From contig CAWJMG010000003.1 of assembly GCA_963843975.1 (NCBI GenBank), positions 1,200,001 through 1,232,000 of the forward strand: a stretch of DNA of 32,000 bases, in the 5' to 3' direction. The notes under the pieces are model-generated. The model was not told where the DNA came from, did no database searches, and was given only the letters and a program-made list of their open reading frames with translations. Source of the DNA: an uncultured Actinomycetes bacterium (lineage in GTDB: Bacteria > Actinomycetota > Actinomycetes > S36-B12 > CAIYMF01). The position numbers and the translations under genes are program-made. Position 1 is the stretch's first letter, and each line of letters opens with the position of its first letter. Positions 19,341 through 26,193 of the stretch are shown here, piece after piece.

Positions 19341-19346
19341 TAGATT
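19341..19346 (+). promoter_or_regulatory. Candidate -10 hexamer TAGATT positioned for a leaderless or near-leaderless ROK transcript
   Basis: TAGATT ends 7 nt before the A of the ATG at 19354. There is no purine-rich RBS between them. Confidence 0.3.
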
Positions 19347-19353
19347 CCCTGCC

Positions 19354-20115
19354 ATGACTGGCACCGCATGGCCCGAGGACGTCCGGACGCTCGCCGTGGA
19401 CATCGGCGGCTCCGGGTTCAAGGCCGCGATCCTCGACCCGCGCGGCGAGATGCTGACCGAGCGCGTCCGTGTCGAGACGCCGTACCCGTGCCCGCCGGAG
19501 AAGTTCGTCGGCGCGGTGCTCGACCTCACGAAGGACCTCGGCGAGCGCCACCGCGTCACCGTCGGCTTCCCCGGCCTCGTGCGCAACGGCCGCGTCCGCA
19601 ACATCCCGTCGCTGTCCCGAGCGGCGTACGACGGCGACGCCGACCCGGCGCTCGAGGCCGCCTGGCGCGGGTTCGACCTCGCGACGGCGCTGTCCGATGC
19701 GTTCGGCGTACCGACCAAGGTTGCCAACGACGCCGACGTGCAGGGCTGCGCGGTCGTCGCGGGCGAGGGCTTCGAGTTCGTCATGACCCTGGGCACCGGT
19801 GTCGGCACCGCGATGTTCCTCGACGGGAAGCTCCTGCCGCACATGGACGCGGGGCACGCACCGTTCCGCAAGGGCGACTCGTTCGAGGAGCAGCTCGGCA
19901 ACGTCGCACGCAAGCACGTGGGGAACGAGCGCTGGGGCCGCCGGGTGGTCGAGGCGATCGTGGCTTACGAGCGGTTCCTGTTCTTCGACACGATCCACAT
20001 CGGCGGCGGCAACGCCAAGCACCTCGATCCGGCCGACCTGCCTCATCACGCCCGGGTCGTGGCCAACACCGCAGGGATCACCGGCGGGGTGCGGCTCTGG
20101 GACCTCGATTCCTGA
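19354..20115 (+). CDS. ROK family protein (polyphosphate/ATP glucokinase-like)
   Basis: It has the N-terminal ATPase motif LAVDIGGSGFKAA, then ANDADVQG and TLGTGVGTA motifs. It is 253 aa. Confidence 0.75.
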   Translation: MTGTAWPEDVRTLAVDIGGSGFKAAILDPRGEMLTERVRVETPYPCPPEKFVGAVLDLTKDLGERHRVTVGFPGLVRNGRVRNIPSLSRAAYDGDADPALEAAWRGFDLATALSDAFGVPTKVANDADVQGCAVVAGEGFEFVMTLGTGVGTAMFLDGKLLPHMDAGHAPFRKGDSFEEQLGNVARKHVGNERWGRRVVEAIVAYERFLFFDTIHIGGGNAKHLDPADLPHHARVVANTAGITGGVRLWDLDS

Positions 20116-20170
20116 TCCGGACGTGACCGGAGGAACATGATCCGGCTTTCAATCATCTGCTGTTCCGCCG

Positions 20171-20176
20171 TAGCCT
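20171..20176 (+). promoter_or_regulatory. Candidate -10 hexamer TAGCCT positioned for a leaderless marR transcript
   Basis: The hexamer ends 6 nt before the A of the ATG at 20183 and no RBS is present. The direct repeat tgatccgg (20113-20120, 20139-20146) and the atgat/atcat inverted repeat upstream are possible operator elements. Confidence 0.3.
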
Positions 20177-20182
20177 TGTCCC

Positions 20183-20662
20183 ATGACCACCGAGTGGCTC
20201 GATGCTGAGCAGCAGCGGCACTGGCGCGCCTACCTGGCGGCGTCCACCCTGCTGTCGGACCGTCTCTCGCGCGAGCTCCAGGCCGCGCACGGCATGACGA
20301 TGGCCGACTACGAGATCCTCGTCCGCCTCTCCGAGGCGCCTGACCGCCGGCTGCGCATGAGCGAGCTGGCCGACAACACGCTCTCCAGCCGCAGCCGTCT
20401 CTCGCACCAGGTCGACCGGCTCGAGAAGGCAGGCTGGGTCAAGCGCGAGGCGTGCGAGACCGACCGTCGCGGCGCCAACGCGGTCCTCACCGACCACGGC
20501 TTCTCGGTCCTCGAGGGTGCCGCCCCGACGCACGTGGCCGGGGTCCGTGAGCATCTCGTCGACCTCCTGACGCCCGAGCAGTTCGCCGCGCTCGGCTCCG
20601 CGCTCGCGGTCGTCGCCGAGCACCTGCAGTCCCCCGACTGCGAGGCCCAGCGCACCGCCTGA
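20183..20662 (+). CDS. MarR family transcriptional regulator
   Basis: It has the winged-HTH strings MADYEILVRLSEAPDRRLRMSELADNTLSSRSRLSHQVDRLEKAGWVKRE..DRRG. It is 159 aa. Confidence 0.85.
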   Translation: MTTEWLDAEQQRHWRAYLAASTLLSDRLSRELQAAHGMTMADYEILVRLSEAPDRRLRMSELADNTLSSRSRLSHQVDRLEKAGWVKREACETDRRGANAVLTDHGFSVLEGAAPTHVAGVREHLVDLLTPEQFAALGSALAVVAEHLQSPDCEAQRTA

Positions 20663-20687
20663 CCCGCACGGCCCGCCCCGTACGACG

Positions 20688-20730
20688 ACGAGGCCCCCGC
20701 CCGAGCGTGATGCTCGGACGGGGGCCTCGT
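20688..20730. terminator. Hairpin between convergent marR and the surface-protein gene (19-bp stem with one C/A mismatch, 5-nt loop)
   Basis: acgaggcccccgcccgagc (20688-20706), loop gtgat, gctcggacgggggcctcgt (20712-20730). Confidence 0.55.
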
Positions 20731-20864
20731 GCGTTGCCTCGCGTCGTCCCGATCAGTCGACTGCGACGGCATCCGGACCCACATCCACCGTGACAGGGTC
20801 CGGAGGTCGGGCGGTCAAGCTGCGAGGCGCCCGTCGATCGGGGTGACGCCTCGTCGGGGTTCGG

Positions 20865-21626
20865 TCAGGCGTTCTCGGACTTGCGGCCGGCGACCAGGAA
20901 CACGGCGCCGGTGGCGAGGAGCGCACCGCCGAGGCCGAGGAGGACGCCGGTGCTCGAGCCGGTGTGCGCGAGCTGGGGGGCGCTGCCGCCCGTGCTGGGC
21001 AGCGACGCCGGCGCCTGCGACTCGGACTTCACGTCGGTCGCGGTCGGCTCGTCGGTGGGGATGTCCGTGGGCTCGTCGGTCGGAGCGTCGGTGACGCCGT
21101 CGGTCGGCTCGTCCGTGGGAGCGTCGGTGGGAGCGTCGGTGGGAGCGTCGGTCGGGGTGTCGGTCGGGGTGTCGGTGGGGACGTCGGTCGGCGCGTCGGT
21201 CGGCGTGTCGGTCGGCTCGTCCGTGGGGGTGTCGGTCGGCTCGTCGGTCGGGTCGACGACGGGGCTGCTGTCGTCGCACTGGCCGTTGTCGCCGTCGTGG
21301 TCGCCGTTGTTGTCGCCGTGGTTGCCGTTGTTGTCGCCGTGGTTGCCGTTGTCGCCGTTGTCGCCGTTGTTGTCGTGGCCGGCGGAGGCGCGCAGGTCGT
21401 TGTGGCGCGAGTCGCCGTTGTCGTCGCCGTGCTCGCCGTCCTGGCCGCCCTGCTCGTCGCAGCTGCTGCCGTTGTCGTCGCCGTGCTCGTCGTGCGACGA
21501 GGACGAGCCGTGGTTGTCCGAGGCGGACGCGGTGATCGCGGTGGCGACGCCGAGACCCATGGTGGAGGCCAGGGCGACGGCGGCGACGGCGGCACGGAAG
21601 GCGGTGCGCTGGGAGGTGATGCTCAT
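20865..21626 (-). CDS. Cell-wall-anchored surface protein: signal peptide, His/Asp/Asn/Gly-rich acidic region, PTDx tetrapeptide repeats, and tandem LPSTG and LAHTG sorting motifs followed by a TM segment and RK tail
   Basis: The ATG at 21626 (gaggt upstream) opens MSITSQRTAFRAAVAAVALASTMGLGVATAITASA. Next comes ...HDEHGDDNG...NGDNGDNGNHGDNNGNHGDNNGDHDGDNGQCDD, then about 18 PTD[ETAVI] units, and finally LPSTGGSAPQLAHTGSSTGVLLGLGGALLATGAVFLVAGRKSENA. Confidence 0.8.
   Translation of the reverse strand: MSITSQRTAFRAAVAAVALASTMGLGVATAITASASDNHGSSSSHDEHGDDNGSSCDEQGGQDGEHGDDNGDSRHNDLRASAGHDNNGDNGDNGNHGDNNGNHGDNNGDHDGDNGQCDDSSPVVDPTDEPTDTPTDEPTDTPTDAPTDVPTDTPTDTPTDAPTDAPTDAPTDEPTDGVTDAPTDEPTDIPTDEPTATDVKSESQAPASLPSTGGSAPQLAHTGSSTGVLLGLGGALLATGAVFLVAGRKSENA
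21033..21254 (-). repeat. Coding 12-nt tandem repeats (PTDx units); an adjacent 21-nt repeat (gttgttgtcgccgtggttgcc x2, about 21307-21348) encodes GNHGDNN units
   Basis: A periodic gtcggtggg/gtcggtcgg pattern is visible on the plus strand across 21040-21250. Confidence 0.85.
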
Positions 21627-22078
21627 GATGTGACCTCGCTGATCGGGGAACGGGGTGGGGGGTCTTCGTTCCTCGAGGCCGGTCTCACCACTGGCTCTCC
21701 GCGACGCCGCCCCTTGCGGGGATCGGTGACCGTCTCGACGGTCGCGGGTCGAAGCCTCCTCGATCACGGATCCGGTGGAGATCCGCTGCGGTGCCGGTGG
21801 AGCGCCGCAAGAAGAGAATGACCGATCCGCAACCACGTCGGTAATGCTGAGTGACCTTCGTTAGTCCATACGGGGCAAGGGATTTCGCGATCTCATCTGT
21901 TCGGTTGATGCCACCTCCACCGGACCCCTCAGGGTGCGCACGCTGCGTGAGAACCGCACCTGATCGGGCCTTGAGCCTCCCGTGAGGAACGGCCTTCCGG
22001 GACGCCTCGCTGTGGCGGGGCACACACGTGAGACACCGCTGTCACCGAGCCGAAACCGCGGGGGGTCACGATTGCCCC

Positions 22079-22279
22079 ATGCTCACGATCTGCACCCGCT
22101 GCCGGACCCCGTACGACCGTCGCAACGCCGGCGCCGACGTGCCCTCCTACCTGGTCGCGTTCTGCACCGACTGCGCTGCCGGCACGGTGCGCCACGCGGG
22201 CGCCACGCTCATGACCCTCCCCGCTCCGCACGCCGAGGTCACCGTGCTCCCGCGCTCGGTCCTCCCCGTCGCCTCCTGA
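22079..22279 (+). CDS. Small zinc-ribbon-like protein (66 aa, two CxxC pairs)
   Basis: From the internal ATG at 22079 it reads MLTICTRCRTPYDRRNAGADVPSYLVAFCTDCAAG.... GC3 is near-complete (only 3 A/T-ending codons), which argues for real coding. The RBS is weak. Confidence 0.5.
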   Translation: MLTICTRCRTPYDRRNAGADVPSYLVAFCTDCAAGTVRHAGATLMTLPAPHAEVTVLPRSVLPVAS

Positions 22280-22349
22280 CCCACTCCCCCGGCCCTCAGG
22301 CGCTGCTCGTCAGCAGGAATCCCCCCGAATCGAGTGCTTCGATCGAGGT

Positions 22350-23363
22350 ATGAGCACACACAGTGCCACCTTCGTGATCCGTGCCGGTTCTGTCGCTACA
22401 GCGACCTTCGCCCTCGTGGCCCTTCAGCTACCAGCCCTCCCGACCGCGAACGCCGCTGCGTTCAGCGGCACCGCGCGGTGCACCATCACCGGGACCCCTG
22501 GGGACGACCGCATCGTCGGGACGCCTGGCCGCGACGTGATCTGCGGGCTCGGCGACGGCTACGACGTCGTCTTCGGCCTCGGTGGGAACGACGTCCTCGA
22601 CGCCTCGGACAAGCCCCAGCACTACGAGAACGGCGGGGCGTTCACGTACTCCGTGCGGCTGTTCGGAGGTCCCGGCGACGACATCCTCATCGGCGGAGCC
22701 GGATACGACACCCTCAGCGGGAACGACGGCAGCGACACGCTGTACGGCGGCCCGGGCGGCGACACGCTGCGGGGTGGGGCGGGCGTCGACCGCCTCTACG
22801 GCGGTGACGGAGGCGACGAGCTGTACGGCGAGGCCAACCGGGACATGCTGCGCGGGGGCGCCGGGCCGGACTTCCTGGTCGGCGGAGTCGGCGAGTTCCC
22901 CGACACCCTCTACGGCGAGGAGGGCAACGACATCCTCGTCGGCGGTCGCGGGGACGACACGCTGAGCGGCGGCGACGGCGACGACCGGATGCTCGGGGGG
23001 CCCGGTGCGGACACCCTCGACGGCGGCTTCGGCACCGACACGGTCGACTACTACGGCCGCACGGTGGGGGTGAACCTCAGCCTCGACGGCACCCGCAACG
23101 ACGGGAAGCCGGGCGAGCGCGACCGCATCACGAGCAGCGTGGAGAACCTCTCGGGCGGCCAGGGCGACGACCGGATCACGGGGTCGGCGGGGGCCAACGT
23201 CCTCAAAGGTGGGGGCGGCAACGACCGGCTGCGCGGTCTCGCCGGCGACGACCGGCTCGACGGCGGGGCCGGCGACAACTCCCTGGACGGCGGCGACGGG
23301 CTCGACCACTGCGAGGGGACAGCGGGCGACGTCCGGATCCAGTGCGAGGTCCCGGCGGCGTGA
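22350..23363 (+). CDS. Secreted calcium-binding RTX/hemolysin-type repeat protein (GGxGxD nonapeptide repeats) with an N-terminal Sec signal peptide
   Basis: The signal peptide is MSTHSATFVIRAGSVATATFALVALQLPALPTANA. There are many repeats such as GGAGYDTLSGNDGSDTLYGGPGGDTLRGGAGVDRLYGGDGGDELYG. Cys pairs occur near both termini. Confidence 0.8.
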   Translation: MSTHSATFVIRAGSVATATFALVALQLPALPTANAAAFSGTARCTITGTPGDDRIVGTPGRDVICGLGDGYDVVFGLGGNDVLDASDKPQHYENGGAFTYSVRLFGGPGDDILIGGAGYDTLSGNDGSDTLYGGPGGDTLRGGAGVDRLYGGDGGDELYGEANRDMLRGGAGPDFLVGGVGEFPDTLYGEEGNDILVGGRGDDTLSGGDGDDRMLGGPGADTLDGGFGTDTVDYYGRTVGVNLSLDGTRNDGKPGERDRITSSVENLSGGQGDDRITGSAGANVLKGGGGNDRLRGLAGDDRLDGGAGDNSLDGGDGLDHCEGTAGDVRIQCEVPAA

Positions 23364-23387
23364 CGCGGCGCCACCTGACCGGGGTGT

Positions 23388-23779
23388 GCAGACGAGCCGG
23401 TCTGTAAGCCGGGTTCTGTCCCGGTCGCGAGCGACCGGGGGCGACCATCCATCTGGGATCGCCGTTGCCGACGACCTCGTGCGGTCTACCCGCAGGCTCG
23501 GGCGGGCAGCCCTCGAACGCCTGCGCAGGAGGCCGGAGCCTCCGTCTTGACCTTGCTCCGGGTGGGGTTTACCGAGCCACGACCGTCACCGGCCGTGCTG
23601 GTGGTCTCTTACACCACCGTTTCACCCTTACCGCCGGTGCGAGCACCGACGGCGGTCTGTTCTCTGTGGCACTGTCCCGCGGGTCACCCCGGGTGGCTGT
23701 TAGCCACCACCCTGCCCTTCGGAGCCCGGACTTTCCTCGGCACCCAGGGGTGCCGCGGCCGCCCGACCGGCTCGTCTGC
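23388..23779 (-). ncRNA. rnpB: RNase P RNA, bacterial type A
   Basis: The minus strand reads gcagacgagccggtcgggcggccgcgg...gaggaaagtccgggctcc...acagaacccggcttacagaccggctcgtctgc. A 15-bp P1 helix forms between 23765-23779 and 23388-23402. The universally conserved GAGGAAAGUCCGGGCUCC and ACAGAACCCGGCUUA blocks are present. The exact ends are uncertain by a few nt. Confidence 0.95.
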
Positions 23780-23789
23780 GCTGGCAAGG

Positions 23790-25265
23790 CTACCCGGTCG
23801 CGGCCTCGGGCCCGGCCGGCTCGAACCGCACCTGGCGTCGGGCCGTGTCGACGGCCGCGAGCCGCAGCCGCACGCGGCGCCCGAGGCCGAGGCCCCCGCC
23901 GGCCACATGCGTGCGCACGGCGGGCCAGTGCAGCTGCACGACGTCGTAGTCCTTGCGCTCGTCGACGACGACCGCCTGGTACTCCTCGCCCACGTGCTGC
24001 TCGAGGATCACGGCCTCCACGAGGTCGACGCAGGCGCGGTCGAGCGCCCGCGCGCGCTGGTCGGCCGTGCGCATCTCGTCAGGCAGCGCGGGCAGGCCGT
24101 CGAGCACCCACTGCGGCACCTCGCGCCCTGCGGCCACCGCGAGGCAGCACTCGGCGCCGTAGCGGTCGACGAGGCGACGCAGCGGTGCCGTCACGTGCGC
24201 GTACGGCGCGGCCACAGCGGCATGGCGCAGCACGTCCGGGGCATCGTCGTCCGCCTCGCGGTCGACGACCGTGTAGCCCGCCGAGCGCAGCAGGATCGTG
24301 ACGAGGTTGAGGAACGCGGCGTGCGCCGGCGGGCGCGGGTCGAGGTGGCGGACGAGCTCGGCGTAGGAGACGTCGTCGGGCCAGTCGATGCCGAGACCGG
24401 CCGCGGTGCGGCGCAGGCGCTGGTAGTCCTCGTCCGGCGGAGGAGGCATCGTGCGCACGATGCCCACACCGGCGTCGAGCATCATGCGGGCCGCGCTCAT
24501 ACCGGTGAGCAGCGAGATCTGCGCGTTCCACGACTCGACGGGGTGCGGTGCGCGCATCGCGAGACGGAAGCCGGGGCCGTCGGCCTCGATCTCCTGGTCG
24601 GGCACGCGGACGTCGATGCCTCCGCGCGCGACCTCGAGCTCCTGGCGGCGCAGCCCGACCTCGCGCAGTAGGACGAGCGACTCGTCGGCCGTGCCGGTGT
24701 CGATGCCCTTCTGCACCTCGCCGTACGCGAGCTGGGCGACGCTGCGCACGAGCGCGCGCTCGACGTCGACCTCGACCGGGAGGCCCGCCGAGTCGAGGTC
24801 GATGCGCCAGAGGACAGCCGCGCGGTCGACGCCGGGCAGCAGGCTGGCCGCCCCCTCGGAGAGCACCGGCGGGTGCAGCGACGTGCGCAGGTCGGGGCTG
24901 TAGAAGGTGACGCCGCGCCGGTGCGCCTCGAGGTCGATCGCGCCACCCGGGCGCACGAACGAGGCGACGTCGGCGATGGCGTAGTGCACGCGGTAGCCGC
25001 TCCCCCGTCGCTCGATCCACACGGCCTGATCGAGGTCGGTGGACCCCGCGGGGTCGATGGTCACGAACGGGATGCCCGTGGCGTCGCGTCGCTCCTCGCC
25101 GTCCGGCGTGGGCGGCGGCTCGGCGCTCGACGCGACTGCCTCGGCCTCGGCGAGGACGTCGGCCGGGAACGCTGAGGGCACCCCCTGCTCGTCGCGCACC
25201 GCGGCGAAGCCGGCGCGGAGCAGGTCGCCCTGCCGCGTCTGGGCGCGCAGCCAGCGTCGGGTCAC
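23790..25265 (-). CDS. RNB domain-containing 3'-5' exoribonuclease (RNase II/R family)
   Basis: The GTG at 25265 opens VTRRWLRAQ.... It carries FVTIDPAGSTDLDQAVW, YSPDLRTSLHPPVLSEGAASL and YAHVTAPLRRLVDRY (RNB catalytic motifs). It is 491 aa. Confidence 0.85.
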   Translation of the reverse strand: MTRRWLRAQTRQGDLLRAGFAAVRDEQGVPSAFPADVLAEAEAVASSAEPPPTPDGEERRDATGIPFVTIDPAGSTDLDQAVWIERRGSGYRVHYAIADVASFVRPGGAIDLEAHRRGVTFYSPDLRTSLHPPVLSEGAASLLPGVDRAAVLWRIDLDSAGLPVEVDVERALVRSVAQLAYGEVQKGIDTGTADESLVLLREVGLRRQELEVARGGIDVRVPDQEIEADGPGFRLAMRAPHPVESWNAQISLLTGMSAARMMLDAGVGIVRTMPPPPDEDYQRLRRTAAGLGIDWPDDVSYAELVRHLDPRPPAHAAFLNLVTILLRSAGYTVVDREADDDAPDVLRHAAVAAPYAHVTAPLRRLVDRYGAECCLAVAAGREVPQWVLDGLPALPDEMRTADQRARALDRACVDLVEAVILEQHVGEEYQAVVVDERKDYDVVQLHWPAVRTHVAGGGLGLGRRVRLRLAAVDTARRQVRFEPAGPEAATG

Positions 25266-25322
25266 CCGAGCACCGTACGTGCCGCGCGCTCGCCCAGCAC
25301 CCCGGTTCCCCCACCGCTCGCA

Positions 25323-25369
25323 CTGATCAATCCGTCGCTTCCCGCACCCGGAAGCGACGGATTGATCAG
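25323..25369. promoter_or_regulatory. Perfect 20-bp inverted repeat with a 7-nt spacer in the divergent RNB/yaaA intergenic region (candidate operator or 5'-UTR hairpin)
   Basis: ctgatcaatccgtcgcttcc (25323-25342), cgcaccc, ggaagcgacggattgatcag (25350-25369). It is locally AT-richer than its flanks. Confidence 0.6.
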
Positions 25370-25398
25370 GTTCACGGGTGGGGTGGAAGGATTGGCGG

Positions 25399-26187
25399 GT
25401 GCTCGTGCTGCTGCCGCCCTCGGAGGGCAAGACCCCTGCGCGGCGCGGCGCCGCTCTCGACCTCGAGGGCCTCTCGTTCCCCGGTCTCACGGCCACGCGC
25501 GAGCGCGTGCTCGACGCCCTCGTCGACCTCGCCCGCACCCGGCCCGAGAAGGCCCGCGAGGTGCTCGGGCTGTCGGAGCGCCAGACGGACGAGGTCGCGC
25601 GCGACGCCCGGCTCCTCATCGAGCCGACCGCCGTCGCCGGGCGCGTCTACACCGGCGTGATCTACGAGTCGCTCGACCTCGCGTCGCTCGATGCCGCGGC
25701 CAAGCGCCGCGCCACGCGCAGCGTCGTGGTGCAGAGCGCGCTGTTCGGCGCCGTGCGGCTGACCGACCGCATCCCGGCGTACCGGCTCTCGGGCGACTCG
25801 GTGATCCCGTCGCTCGGATCGCTCGCCGCGGTGTGGCGCGACCCGCTCGCGGCAGCGATGACCGAGGCGGCAGGCCGAGGGCTCGTCATCGACCTTCGCT
25901 CGGGCGTCTACGCCAACCTGTGGAAGCCGACCGGGGCCGTCGCCGACCGCACGGTGGCTGTGCGCGTGCTGCAGGAGATGCCGGACGGCAGCCGCAAGGT
26001 CGTGAGCCACTTCAACAAGGCCACCAAGGGCCTACTGCTGCGGCAGTGGCTGGTCGACGGCGCCGACCCGCGCACGCTCGACGAGCTCGCCGACGCGTGC
26101 GAGAAGGCCGGTGTGGTCGCCGAGCCAGGCCCGCGTCCGAAGCCCGGCCGGCCGATGACCCTCGACGTCGTCGTGTCGGACCTGTAG
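25399..26187 (+). CDS. yaaA: YaaA family peroxide stress protein (UPF0246/DUF328)
   Basis: The GTG at 25399 follows ggaagg. It carries VLVLLPPSEGK, RVYTGVIYESLD, PAYRLSG and SHFNKATKG, which are family signatures. Confidence 0.8.
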   Translation: MLVLLPPSEGKTPARRGAALDLEGLSFPGLTATRERVLDALVDLARTRPEKAREVLGLSERQTDEVARDARLLIEPTAVAGRVYTGVIYESLDLASLDAAAKRRATRSVVVQSALFGAVRLTDRIPAYRLSGDSVIPSLGSLAAVWRDPLAAAMTEAAGRGLVIDLRSGVYANLWKPTGAVADRTVAVRVLQEMPDGSRKVVSHFNKATKGLLLRQWLVDGADPRTLDELADACEKAGVVAEPGPRPKPGRPMTLDVVVSDL

Positions 26188-26193
26188 CCGCCC

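Noticed and set aside
21674-21702. A minus-strand string, gagccagtggtgagaccggcc, resembling a cobalamin-riboswitch B12 box in the leader of the surface-protein gene
   Set aside because: The resemblance is only partial. I could not find the other conserved cobalamin-riboswitch blocks (GGTG..AATCC, GCCACTG) in the correct order, so I make no riboswitch call.
21685-22023. A 112-aa minus-strand ORF in the long intergenic region
   Set aside because: It has poor GC3, no RBS and a heterogeneous composition. It most likely reflects chance openness in non-coding DNA.
23465-24671. Plus-strand ORFs 23465..24301 and 23547..24671, and small ORFs over 23400-23800
   Set aside because: They overlap the unmistakable RNase P RNA and the antisense strand of the RNB gene, and are not coding.
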